This document shows positions 1 through 8,812 of a stretch of 35,186 bases of DNA, one piece after another (position 1 is the first letter of the stretch; every line of letters starts with the position of its first letter). The notes under the pieces were generated by a model. The model was not told the origin of the DNA, made no database searches, and saw nothing but the letters and a program-made list of their open reading frames with translations. This DNA is from Desulfobacteraceae bacterium. GTDB taxonomy: Bacteria > Desulfobacterota > Desulfobacteria > Desulfobacterales > SURF-7. The translations under genes and the position numbers were made by a program. The stretch is taken from assembly GCA_030618465.1 (NCBI GenBank), contig JAUXDD010000003.1, forward strand, positions 1-35,186. The letters are read 5' to 3'.

Positions 1-45
1 GGAATTCAACTTTGTGGCATGAGGGGGTGAAACGTGATAATCTTA

Positions 46-81
46 AAAACAGAAAGGGCTTAGATTTTCACCTAAGCCCTT
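46..81 (-). terminator. Intrinsic terminator downstream of tRNA-Glu
   Basis: Perfect 10-bp inverted repeat AAGGGCTTAG (54-63) / CTAAGCCCTT (72-81), 8-nt loop; followed on the minus strand by TCTGTTTTT; starts 11 nt after the tRNA CCA. Confidence 0.7.
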
Positions 82-92
82 GATTGTATTTG

Positions 93-170
93 TGGCGTCC
101 CCAAGGGGATTCGAACCCCTGTTGCCGGCGTGAAAGGCCGGTGTCCTGGACCAGGCTAGACGATGGGGAC
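93..170 (-). tRNA. tRNA-Glu (anticodon TTC)
   Basis: Reverse complement GTCCCCATCGTCTAGCCTGGTCCAGGACACCGGCC-T-TTC-ACGCCGGCAACAGGGGTTCGAATCCCCTTGGGGACGCCA: acceptor stem, anticodon stem CCGGC/GCCGG, T-loop GTTCGAAT, encoded CCA. Confidence 0.97.
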
Positions 171-222
171 GCATATTATCCAGATATAGTTATATCTGAA
201 ATCCTCCCGAACCATGCTAATA

Positions 223-298
223 TGGTGGGCCGTGCGCGACTCGAACGCGCGACTCTCTGCTTAAAAGGCAGATACTCTACCAACTGAGTTAACGGCCC
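223..298 (-). tRNA. tRNA-Lys (anticodon TTT)
   Basis: Reverse complement GGGCCGTTAACTCAGTTGGTAGAGTATCTGCCT-TTT-AAGCAGAGAGTCGCGCGTTCGAGTCGCGCACGGCCCACCA: 76-nt cloverleaf with encoded CCA. Confidence 0.97.
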
Positions 299-311
299 TC
301 AAAATCAGAAA

Positions 312-340
312 TTTGTATATGTTAATGATAATCTTGTCAA
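312..340 (-). promoter_or_regulatory. Putative sigma70 promoter for the tRNA-Lys/tRNA-Glu pair
   Basis: Minus strand TTGACA (340-335), 17-nt spacer, TACAAA (317-312), preceded by a T-rich UP-like tract; just upstream of tRNA-Lys. Confidence 0.55.
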
Positions 341-392
341 TCAAAAAAAACAAAAATAAATTATTTATTTTAAATATGCAAGACCGCTTTTA

Positions 393-1841
393 CTATTTCC
401 GCCAAAATTCCGGCACAAGAAGAATAATTACTGTATAAATTTCAAGCCTGCCAAGAAGCATGCACCATACCAGCAACCATTTGCCGGCCTGGGGAAGCTG
501 CGCATAGTTTTCAACCGGTCCCACCATTCCAAATCCCGGCCCGATATTCCCGATAGATGATGCGACTGCAGTTATAGATGTTAAAAAATCCACGCCCATA
601 CCGGCAAGCAGCACCGAACAAACGGCAAAAAGCCCGATGTATAGCGCCAGGAATCCCAGGACACTCCTGATTACATCTTCAGAGACGGATTTTCCGCCGA
701 TTTTTATACTCTTGACCGCACGGGGATGAACCATTGTAAACATCTCTTTGTAGCAGTATTTGATACAAAGTATGATGCGAATACATTTCATGCCTCCGCC
801 GGTGGAACCGGCAGATGCACCTAAAAACATGCATAGAAAAATAATAACCTGTGACATGGGCGGCCATTTTGTATAATCAGCCGTTACATAACCGGTTGTT
901 GTTATAATGGAAACCACCTGAAAAGCGCCATGTTGGGCTGCCTGGCCCATATCTTCATAAACAGAACCGAAAATATCAACACTCACAATCAGACTGAGAA
1001 TAACAACAAGCAACAGGAAAAAACGACACTCTGAATCACGCCAGAAAGCAAGCGTATTTCCTTTTAAAAACTGAAAATGAAGTGAAAAATTTATACCGGC
1101 CAAAAGCATGAAAATGAAAATGACGGTATCAAAATAGGCGCTGTTAAAATGAGCAATCGATGCGTTTTTGGTGGAAAATCCGCCTGTTGGCATGGTTGTA
1201 AATGTATGGCAGAGTGAGTCGAAAAAACTCATGCCGCCCATCATAAGTAGAATAAGCTCTGCCAGCGAAATCAAGCCATATACTTTCCAGAGTACTTTTG
1301 CCGTATCACTGATTCTGGGTTTAAGCTTGTCCGGGACAGGACTCGGCACTTCCGCCTTATAGAGCTGCATGCCGCCCACCCCTATAAATGGAAGAATCGC
1401 TATGGACAGAACAATGATTCCCATCCCCCCGAGCCACTGGATAAGGCTCCGCCAGAATAAAATGCCTTTAGGGACTGCTTCGATATTTATCAGAACCGAC
1501 GCCCCGGTGGTTGTAAACCCGGAAACCGATTCAAAAATGGAATTGGTAAATGTATCAAATACACCACCGAAGTAAAACGGAAACGCGCTGAACAGGCCTA
1601 CGGCCATCCATCCGAAAGCCACAATCGCCATGCCTTCCCGCTGGCTGATATGCTCTGTTTTTTGATTTCTGGAGCATACACACATGAATGCTCCGGCCAA
1701 AACGGTTATCACCAGGGATTTAAAAAGCGGGCCGACACTTGAATCTGAAAAATAAAGGCCAACAAGAATTGGTAAAATCATAGTCAGACCCAGAAAAAAG
1801 GTCAGGACGCCCACCATATTGAGAATAAACCGCCAGCGCAT
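393..1841 (-). CDS. trkH: Trk system potassium uptake membrane protein TrkH
   Basis: 482-aa polytopic protein with TrkH pore motifs ESVSGFTTTG, WLGGMG, TGGFS, TTTGY, GSTGGG, NIGPG, GRLEI; start overlaps the trkA stop by 1 nt (TAATG). Confidence 0.95.
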   Translation of the reverse strand: MRWRFILNMVGVLTFFLGLTMILPILVGLYFSDSSVGPLFKSLVITVLAGAFMCVCSRNQKTEHISQREGMAIVAFGWMAVGLFSAFPFYFGGVFDTFTNSIFESVSGFTTTGASVLINIEAVPKGILFWRSLIQWLGGMGIIVLSIAILPFIGVGGMQLYKAEVPSPVPDKLKPRISDTAKVLWKVYGLISLAELILLMMGGMSFFDSLCHTFTTMPTGGFSTKNASIAHFNSAYFDTVIFIFMLLAGINFSLHFQFLKGNTLAFWRDSECRFFLLLVVILSLIVSVDIFGSVYEDMGQAAQHGAFQVVSIITTTGYVTADYTKWPPMSQVIIFLCMFLGASAGSTGGGMKCIRIILCIKYCYKEMFTMVHPRAVKSIKIGGKSVSEDVIRSVLGFLALYIGLFAVCSVLLAGMGVDFLTSITAVASSIGNIGPGFGMVGPVENYAQLPQAGKWLLVWCMLLGRLEIYTVIILLVPEFWRK

Positions 1842-3205
1842 TAAAAAAACTCCAGTTTTACGGTAAGAATCTTTTCAATCTTCGAAATGGCCTGCTTCTT
1901 TGCAAAAATAATAACCCTGTCATCCGGTTCAATCACACTTTTCCCTGACGGAATAATAATTTCCTCACCACGAATGATGCCAATAAGAATAGCGCCTTTG
2001 GGAAAGGAGACTTTCATTAACGGCTTGCCCACAATATCCGAAGTTTCAAGGGCGATCGCTTCCAGTACTTCTGCCTGCTCCCCCTTGATTGATATGGCGG
2101 AAAGCACTTTGCCCCGACGGATATGTTGCAGGATGGTATTTATTGCAGAAAGCCTGGGGCTCACAACCTGTTCGATGCCGATGGTTGACATTAAAGGGAA
2201 ATAGCTGAACTTACTGATTCTTGTGATTGTATTTTTTGCTCCCAGACGTTTTGCCAACAATGAAACCAGGATATTTGTCTCTTCATCATGGGTCAGGGTT
2301 ACAACCACATCCATATCCTGTATATTCTCCTCAATTAAAAGATTCTGGTCAGATCCGTCACCGTGAAGTACGATAACCTTGTTTAAATGTTCCGCAAGTT
2401 CCCTGCATCGATCCGGATCTTTTTCAATAATTTTTGTATGGACGGATTTTTCTTCTAAAAGCTTGGCCAGTCTGAACCCTATGCGCCCACCGCCGACAAT
2501 AAACACCCGTTGAAGCGGTTGGGTACGTTTGTCAAAGGCTTCCAGGGTATCTGCCAGTTTATCTTTTTCACTGATAAAATAGACAAGATCACCGGCCATC
2601 AGCCGATCACTTCCTCCTGGAATAATCAATTGCTCTTCCCGAACAATTGCCGCAATAAGGGTTCTCTGTTTACCGATAATTGAAGGCAGATCGGAAAGAC
2701 TTGCTCCGGCCAGTCGCGCATCCTTGTCAATGCGTATCCCCACAAATTTGACCCGGCCGTCCGCGAACTCCCCCACATCAACTGCACCAGGCACGCTCAT
2801 AAGCCGTTCAATGGTTTTTATAACCTCGATCTCCGGATTAATAATCCGGTCAATATGCGGGGATTTTCCCCGAAAATTGTCGTGATAGCTGTCAAAATCT
2901 CCATTTCTGACCCGTGCAAGTTTAATGGTTGCCGGGGATATGATATCTGCAACAAGGCATGCAACAAGGTTGATTTCATCACTGTCTGTAACGGCAAGAA
3001 GTATCTCGGCCTCTTTGATACCGGCCTCTTTAAGAACCGCCGGACTGCTCCCGGACCCGATGAGACTCTGGACATCAATATTTTCCGACACCCGTTTGAC
3101 TGCGTCAGCATCACTATCAACAACTATAACATTTTTATTTTCAAGGGCAAGGCGGCTCGCAATATTATAACCAACCTCCCCTGCCCCTACGATTACAACT
3201 TTCAA
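1841..3205 (-). CDS. trkA: Trk system potassium uptake protein TrkA (two RCK units)
   Basis: Rossmann motifs IVGAGEVG and IVGGGRIG; adjacent to trkH. Start moved from the ORF-track 3346 to TTG at 3205, which follows an AGGAG Shine-Dalgarno and gives about 454 aa. Confidence 0.95.
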   Translation of the reverse strand: MKVVIVGAGEVGYNIASRLALENKNVIVVDSDADAVKRVSENIDVQSLIGSGSSPAVLKEAGIKEAEILLAVTDSDEINLVACLVADIISPATIKLARVRNGDFDSYHDNFRGKSPHIDRIINPEIEVIKTIERLMSVPGAVDVGEFADGRVKFVGIRIDKDARLAGASLSDLPSIIGKQRTLIAAIVREEQLIIPGGSDRLMAGDLVYFISEKDKLADTLEAFDKRTQPLQRVFIVGGGRIGFRLAKLLEEKSVHTKIIEKDPDRCRELAEHLNKVIVLHGDGSDQNLLIEENIQDMDVVVTLTHDEETNILVSLLAKRLGAKNTITRISKFSYFPLMSTIGIEQVVSPRLSAINTILQHIRRGKVLSAISIKGEQAEVLEAIALETSDIVGKPLMKVSFPKGAILIGIIRGEEIIIPSGKSVIEPDDRVIIFAKKQAISKIEKILTVKLEFF

Positions 3206-3414
3206 AAGGTTTCTCCTGTTTTTTATTACCTGATATTTTATAGTTGATATCACCACTAAATACAATATACAAATATGTTTCTGTTTTTTCAATGCATTGG
3301 TGTGAATAGTGGTTGTGACAGACACGAGTCCTGTGATAAGATACACGCATTATACCATAAAAGGGATTTGTGAAAAACGATTAAACACATGTGATTAAAT
3401 TAGGAGCAGGTATT

Positions 3415-4644
3415 ATGATAGACCAGATTATTGTGCTGATTTTTATGCTTTGTCTTTCAGCTTTTTTCTCTTCAGCTGAAACAGCCCTGTTTTCCATCAG
3501 CAAAGTAAAAGCCGCTCATATTGCCAAAGATGAAAATAAAACGAACGTTCTAATAAAAAACATGAAAGAAGACCCCCACAAACTGCTTACGACAATTCTT
3601 ATTGGAAATAATCTGGTAAATGTGGGAGCCTCCGCACTGGCAACGGTCATTACAATGCAATATATTTCAAACAATGCAATAAGCATTGCAACAGGTATCA
3701 TGACATTCCTCATCCTGGTGTTTGGTGAAATAATCCCCAAAACCATAGCCACCAGGAACAATACTATAGTAGCAAAACTTGTGATTCACCCGTTGTACTG
3801 GCTCTCCATTTTATTTTCTCCTGCAATCATTTTTTTAAATTTTATTCCGAAAATATCCGGCAAAATAAAAAAACCTCCCAGGGTAACAGAAGATGAACTG
3901 ATAACAATGGTTGAGGTTGTTGAGGAGGAAGGGGCAATAAAAGGCGAAGAAAAAGAGCTCATCCAGAATATTATAAGATTTGATGACACCAGTGCTTCAG
4001 CCATTATGACATCAAGCGCAGACATGTTTGTTATTAATGCCCGGGAAAAACTGAAACTGGAAGACATCATCAAATCCGGATATTCAAGAATTCCTGTAAT
4101 TGAAGGGGATATGAACAAAGTAATCGGTATCATAAACATCAAGGATCTTTTTAAACATCTGACGTTATCAGGAGATGAAATTGATGTGAGAAAAGTCATG
4201 CACAAGCCCTATTTTATTCCTGAAAACAAAAAAATTGACACGCTGCTGCACCAGTTTAAAAGAAGGAAACACCATATCGCCGTTGTTGTGGATGAGCATG
4301 GAGAAGTCACCGGTGTCGTAACGCTTGAAGATGTTCTTGAGGAACTTGTGGGAGAAATAATTGACGAAACCGATAAAATTGAGCATCATATCACACAAAC
4401 TCAGAATAAAGAGTGGATTGTTCTGGGCAAATCTGAAATTGATAAGGTAAACGACGCTATTCCCATGGAAATTCCTGAATCCAATGAATATGAAACCTTT
4501 TCAGGATTTATACTTAAAAATATCGGAAAAATTCCCGGTACAAAGGAGAAATTTACGATTGGTGAATTTGATATTACCGTAAAAGAAAAAGAACGAAACA
4601 GAATTAAGACATTTGTAGTAAGACAAAGACAGTCATCAAAATAA
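3415..4644 (+). CDS. CNNM/CorC-TlyC family protein (DUF21 membrane domain, CBS pair, CorC_HlyC domain); putative Mg2+/Co2+ transport
   Basis: FFSSAETALFS, TILIGNNLVN, LVFGEIIPK, YSRIPV, VVDEHG..GVVTLEDVLEELVGEI; ATG 3415 follows AGGAG (ORF track starts at GTG 3391). Confidence 0.92.
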   Translation: MIDQIIVLIFMLCLSAFFSSAETALFSISKVKAAHIAKDENKTNVLIKNMKEDPHKLLTTILIGNNLVNVGASALATVITMQYISNNAISIATGIMTFLILVFGEIIPKTIATRNNTIVAKLVIHPLYWLSILFSPAIIFLNFIPKISGKIKKPPRVTEDELITMVEVVEEEGAIKGEEKELIQNIIRFDDTSASAIMTSSADMFVINAREKLKLEDIIKSGYSRIPVIEGDMNKVIGIINIKDLFKHLTLSGDEIDVRKVMHKPYFIPENKKIDTLLHQFKRRKHHIAVVVDEHGEVTGVVTLEDVLEELVGEIIDETDKIEHHITQTQNKEWIVLGKSEIDKVNDAIPMEIPESNEYETFSGFILKNIGKIPGTKEKFTIGEFDITVKEKERNRIKTFVVRQRQSSK

Positions 4645-4671
4645 GACGGCAGATACCATTATACTCAGGAT

Positions 4672-5862
4672 ATGATTATGGGAAAAAATTATAGCAGCGG
4701 CTTCAAGGCGGCAGGAATTGCCTCAGGGCTGAAAAAAAACGGGGGAAAAGATCTTGGAATGATTTTTTCAGAGGTCCCCGCAAGTGTTGCAGGCATATTC
4801 ACCACAAACAAAGTACAGGCCAGTTCCGTAATTCTTGCCAGAAAACGAATTCAATCCGGTACTTGCCAGGCAATTATAGTTAACAGCGGAAATGCTAACT
4901 GCTGCACAGGCAGCAAGGGTATGCAGGATACACTGTCCATGTCAGGATTTGCTTCTGCAGAACTTGAAATTCCAGACGAACATGTACTGGTAGCATCTAC
5001 CGGAGTTATTGGAGAACCGATCCCCCTTGACAAAATTAAATCCGCTGTACCGGATCTTATTCATGAGCTGAAGCCGGATGGGATCGCAGATCTTGCCGAA
5101 TCTATCATGACTACTGATACAGTGCCAAAGGTGGTTACAGCCACCGGGAAAATTGGAGGAAAATCATATGCAGTGACCGGAGTGGCAAAAGGCTCCGGCA
5201 TGATACGTCCAAATATGGCGACAATGCTTTGCTTTGTCTGGACAGATATAAAAATTTCACCGGCCGTACTCCAGGAAGCACTTCTGGCATCAGCGGATAA
5301 ATCGTTTAACAGGATTACGATAGACGGCGATACCAGTACCAACGACATGGCGATTATCATGGCAAACGGTTTGTCTGATGCTGTGGTAAACGGCGCATCT
5401 CAAGTTGAGTCCTTCCGGGCTGTGCTTGACGATGTTTTAATAAAACTGGCCCGAATGATCGTAAAAGACGGCGAAGGCGCCACAAAAATGGTTGAGATAA
5501 CTGTCAAAGGTGCTGAATCCGATGCGGACGCGATTAAAGTTGCCGAAACCGTTGCACACTCAAATCTTGTTAAAACTGCCTTTTTCGGAGAGGATGCCAA
5601 CTGGGGGCGTATTATTGCCGCAGCCGGCAGAGCGGGTGTGCCTGTTTTACCTGACAGCATAGACATTTTTTTTGATGACGTCCAGATGGTAAAAGACAGC
5701 ATGGGATGCGGCAAAGCTGTCGAAGCTGAAACGACCAGGATTCTTAAAAAACCGGAGTTTGGCATTGTAATTGATCTGAATATGGGGGAAGGGGAAGCGT
5801 CAGTAGTAACCTGTGATTTTTCGATCGACTATGTAAAAATAAATGCTGACTACCGAACTTGA
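4672..5862 (+). CDS. argJ: Ornithine acetyltransferase / N-acetylglutamate synthase ArgJ
   Basis: NSGNANCCTG, STGVIG, IMTTDT, KGSGMIRPNMATML (autocleavage Thr), DGDTSTND, DGEGATK, DANWGR, INADYRT. Start may be ATG 4678. Confidence 0.96.
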   Translation: MIMGKNYSSGFKAAGIASGLKKNGGKDLGMIFSEVPASVAGIFTTNKVQASSVILARKRIQSGTCQAIIVNSGNANCCTGSKGMQDTLSMSGFASAELEIPDEHVLVASTGVIGEPIPLDKIKSAVPDLIHELKPDGIADLAESIMTTDTVPKVVTATGKIGGKSYAVTGVAKGSGMIRPNMATMLCFVWTDIKISPAVLQEALLASADKSFNRITIDGDTSTNDMAIIMANGLSDAVVNGASQVESFRAVLDDVLIKLARMIVKDGEGATKMVEITVKGAESDADAIKVAETVAHSNLVKTAFFGEDANWGRIIAAAGRAGVPVLPDSIDIFFDDVQMVKDSMGCGKAVEAETTRILKKPEFGIVIDLNMGEGEASVVTCDFSIDYVKINADYRT

Positions 5863-5914
5863 TTTTATACTGACAAACAGCGCTATGATTATCGATAACG
5901 ATTCCCAGCCACCA

Positions 5915-6613
5915 ATGATGCGGTTACAAAAATTTCTTTCAACGGCCGGTATATGTTCCAGGAGAAAAGCAGAAGAATTCATCAGCGCCGGCCGCATTAG
6001 TGTTAACGGTTCAATTATAACCCGGCCCGGCACCAAGGTCCATCCCCATAATGATGTTGTTAAATTTGACGGCAAGCCGGTAGAATTCAGTCAGAAGCTT
6101 ATTTATATTGCCCTTAACAAACCGGAAGGATATGTTACCAGTTGCAGCCGTCAAAAGGACCCGATTGTCCTGGACCTCCTTGACATTCCCCTGCGGATTT
6201 ACCCGGTTGGTCGTCTTGACAAAGATTCGTGTGGACTCCTCCTGATAACCAATGACGGGAATCTGCACCAGAGGCTTTCCCATCCTTCATTTGATCATGA
6301 AAAAGAATATGATGTAACCGTTGCCCTGCCGATTTCAAACAGCGATCTTGATCGCATGGCAAGGGGGATGCACATCCTTGGGACAAAAACACGGTCGGCT
6401 GTTGTCAGGCGGATTTCAGGAAAACGATTCCGCATTACTTTAAAAGAAGGAAGGAATCGTCAGATCCGCCGGATGGTCAGAAAAATAAAAAACAACGTAG
6501 TTATTCTGCAACGGGTAAGGATTGCCACTATAAAGCTTGGCAACCTTCCAAAGGGAAAATGGAGACACCTGTCGGAAAAAGAAAATAAGGGTCTCTTAAA
6601 AAGTTCTATCTGA
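5915..6613 (+). CDS. rluB: rRNA pseudouridine synthase, RsuA/RluB family (S4 plus catalytic domain)
   Basis: MRLQKFLSTAGICSRRKAEEFI (S4 domain), LNKPEG, catalytic VGRLD, EKEY, EGRNRQIRRM. Start uncertain (5843, 5885, 5915 or 5918); exact paralogue uncertain. Confidence 0.88.
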   Translation: MMRLQKFLSTAGICSRRKAEEFISAGRISVNGSIITRPGTKVHPHNDVVKFDGKPVEFSQKLIYIALNKPEGYVTSCSRQKDPIVLDLLDIPLRIYPVGRLDKDSCGLLLITNDGNLHQRLSHPSFDHEKEYDVTVALPISNSDLDRMARGMHILGTKTRSAVVRRISGKRFRITLKEGRNRQIRRMVRKIKNNVVILQRVRIATIKLGNLPKGKWRHLSEKENKGLLKSSI

Positions 6614-6674
6614 TTATCTCCCGCTGTTTCCTCTCTATAAAACCGGTTCAACCATATTGCTATCGTTTTTATTA

Positions 6675-8273
6675 CTACATTCTGTTCGTAAGCTTCCGGA
6701 AATAACTCTCATTTTCCACTAACACAACCGCATCGTCAAACTTGATCAGGTTATTATTATACAACTTTGAAAGGGCTGATTCTAAAGATGTATAATCTTC
6801 CGACCCCATCTGCATCTGGCTGCGAATCTGGTGGGTTTTATTGTCTCTGATCATCTGTTTAATCTTGCTGCTGTTTATCAGCTTTTCAATCGCCAGGATC
6901 ATCCCTTTCCCATCTTTTCTCGGCACCAGACGCTGCGAAATACATAATTGCAAAGTATTTGCCAGCATCGACCTGATCAATGCCTGCTGGTGGGTCGGAA
7001 ACATGTTAACCACTTTTTCGATAATGGATGTGGTATTGTTGGCATGGACGGTGCTGATCACCAGATGCCCGGTTTCGGCAGCGTGAAGAGCAATTTCAAA
7101 GGACTCAATATCTCTCATTTCCCCAATCACGATAACATCAGGCGCCTGTCGCAAAACATGCCTTAATCCCTGAGCAAACGAATTCGTATCCCGGCTGACT
7201 TCCCTTTGATTCACATTGCTCATCTTATGCTCATGCAGGTATTCAATGGGATCCTCAAGTGTTACGATATTACATCTTCTATGCGTATTAATAATATTTA
7301 CGAGCGCGCTCAACGTTGTTGTCTTGCCGTGGCCGGACGCACCGGTTATCAAGATCAAGCCCTGAATTCTTAATACAAAGTCTTTCATCCATTCCGGAAT
7401 ATTCAGCTCTTTTAATGAAGGAATCTTATCAACAACCGGCCGGATAGCGATGGAAATCGAATTTCTCTGCCTGTAAACATTTACCCGGAATCTTCCAATG
7501 CCTGGAAAAGGTACGGCAAAATCATGGTCACTTCTTTTACTGAATATCTCCCAGTCCCTGTCAGGCATCAGTTCTTTTGCGTATTTTTCGCAATCTTCAG
7601 GCGTAAGCGGGTCCATTGCCAGCCTGTTTACGTCATTGTATAATTTTATGGAGGGCGCAACACCTGCGGTGAGAAGCATATCACTTGCATCGGACTTCAT
7701 CAGGTACTTCAACAATATCTGGAGATCAGCGGCTTTGTTTTCTTTACGCGCCCTTCCCAGCTCCCTTACATTCTTTGCAATATCTTTACCCTTCAGCGTT
7801 CCTCTGGGATTTGTCTGAAGGATCTCCTGGGCAGCCTTCATCATAAACGCGGGCACGATTACAGGATGGATCTTTTTCCCAAGCTCAAACTCCAGTTCTG
7901 TGATGATCACCACATCAACCGGATTCAGCATGGCAATGGTCACTGAATTTTTATCCGCTTCAACCGGCAGGACATTGAGGGCCAGGATCTTTTCAAGGGG
8001 CAGGCACCTGACAACTTTCATATCAATATCTCTATGGATAAGGTTAGAGGAAGGAAATCCAAAAGATCTGCTTAAAACACTTAACAGATCATCAATGGAG
8101 ATATACCCCATCTGAAGAAGAATAGAGCCGATCTGCCCTTCACCCATCTGCCGCTGCCACTTCAGTGCCTGCTGAAGCTGTTTTTTATTAATCAGTCCCT
8201 GCTCAACCAGCATGTCACCGAATCGTTTTTTCTTTGCGCTTTCTTTTTTCGAGGCCTGTGGCGTTTTTACCAT
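6675..8273 (-). CDS. pilT: PilT/PilU-family type IV pilus ATPase with N-terminal MshEN/GSPII_N domain
   Basis: C-terminal ~350 aa: ASDMLL, RFRVNVYRQR, Walker A GASGHGKTTT, Asp box TLEDPIE, Walker B PDVIVIGEMRD, His box AETGHLVISTVH, SQRL; no PilB/GspE tetracysteine Zn motif. N-terminus RFGDMLVEQGLINKKQLQQALKWQ fits the MshEN motif. Confidence 0.88.
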   Translation of the reverse strand: MVKTPQASKKESAKKKRFGDMLVEQGLINKKQLQQALKWQRQMGEGQIGSILLQMGYISIDDLLSVLSRSFGFPSSNLIHRDIDMKVVRCLPLEKILALNVLPVEADKNSVTIAMLNPVDVVIITELEFELGKKIHPVIVPAFMMKAAQEILQTNPRGTLKGKDIAKNVRELGRARKENKAADLQILLKYLMKSDASDMLLTAGVAPSIKLYNDVNRLAMDPLTPEDCEKYAKELMPDRDWEIFSKRSDHDFAVPFPGIGRFRVNVYRQRNSISIAIRPVVDKIPSLKELNIPEWMKDFVLRIQGLILITGASGHGKTTTLSALVNIINTHRRCNIVTLEDPIEYLHEHKMSNVNQREVSRDTNSFAQGLRHVLRQAPDVIVIGEMRDIESFEIALHAAETGHLVISTVHANNTTSIIEKVVNMFPTHQQALIRSMLANTLQLCISQRLVPRKDGKGMILAIEKLINSSKIKQMIRDNKTHQIRSQMQMGSEDYTSLESALSKLYNNNLIKFDDAVVLVENESYFRKLTNRM

Positions 8274-8611
8274 TTAGCGTCTCCTTCCCAGCCCCCCACC
8301 AGATGCTGGTGGAGATGAAAAATCATTTGGCCACCGCCGTTTTCCACATTAAAAAGTAGCTTGTAACCGGACTGATCAATACCCTCGCGTTTTGCCATCT
8401 CTTTGCCAAGCATTGCCATTTCCCCGACAATGATTTTGTCTTCCTCTGTAAGATCATTTATACTCCGGATATGTTTTTTAGGAACAATCAGAAGATGGAC
8501 CGGCGACTGGGGATTTATATCCCTGAACACAACTAACATATCATCTTCATATAAAAAATCCGTGGGAATTTCTTTGTTTGCAATTTTGCAGAACAGACAA
8601 TCTTTTTCCAT
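8267..8611 (-). CDS. hinT: Histidine triad (HIT) nucleotide-binding protein, HinT-like
   Basis: DCLFCKI, FRDINPQSPVHLLIVPKKHI, GGQMIFHLHQHLVGG; ATG 8611 follows GGAGG; the stop overlaps the pilT start by 7 nt. Confidence 0.93.
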   Translation of the reverse strand: MEKDCLFCKIANKEIPTDFLYEDDMLVVFRDINPQSPVHLLIVPKKHIRSINDLTEEDKIIVGEMAMLGKEMAKREGIDQSGYKLLFNVENGGGQMIFHLHQHLVGGWEGDAKW

Positions 8612-8646
8612 ACGCTTATTACCTCCGGACAATTAGTCTGTGACCC

Positions 8647-8655
8647 ATTATAACA
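8647..8655 (-). promoter_or_regulatory. Extended -10 promoter element upstream of hinT-pilT
   Basis: Minus strand TGTTATAAT (TGn plus perfect TATAAT) about 35 nt upstream of the hinT ATG; no good -35. Confidence 0.5.
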
Positions 8656-8812
8656 CAATCAGGCAAATTAATAAATTATTGTTTTTATTGAAGACGTTAC
8701 CACCAACACAGCTGGCCATCCCAGGGCTCGTACCAGTTTGACGATTGGATCACCAGGCACAAATTCTTCTGCTTTGGACATTCTTTTTCTGTCGGTCACA
8801 ACAAGGTTGAAA

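Noticed and set aside
84-287. 67-aa + strand ORF
   Set aside because: It is the antisense reading of tRNA-Glu and tRNA-Lys.
3206-3346. 47-aa N-terminal extension of TrkA in the ORF track
   Set aside because: AT-rich promoter-like DNA; a TTG at 3205 with an AGGAG SD gives the normal TrkA start.
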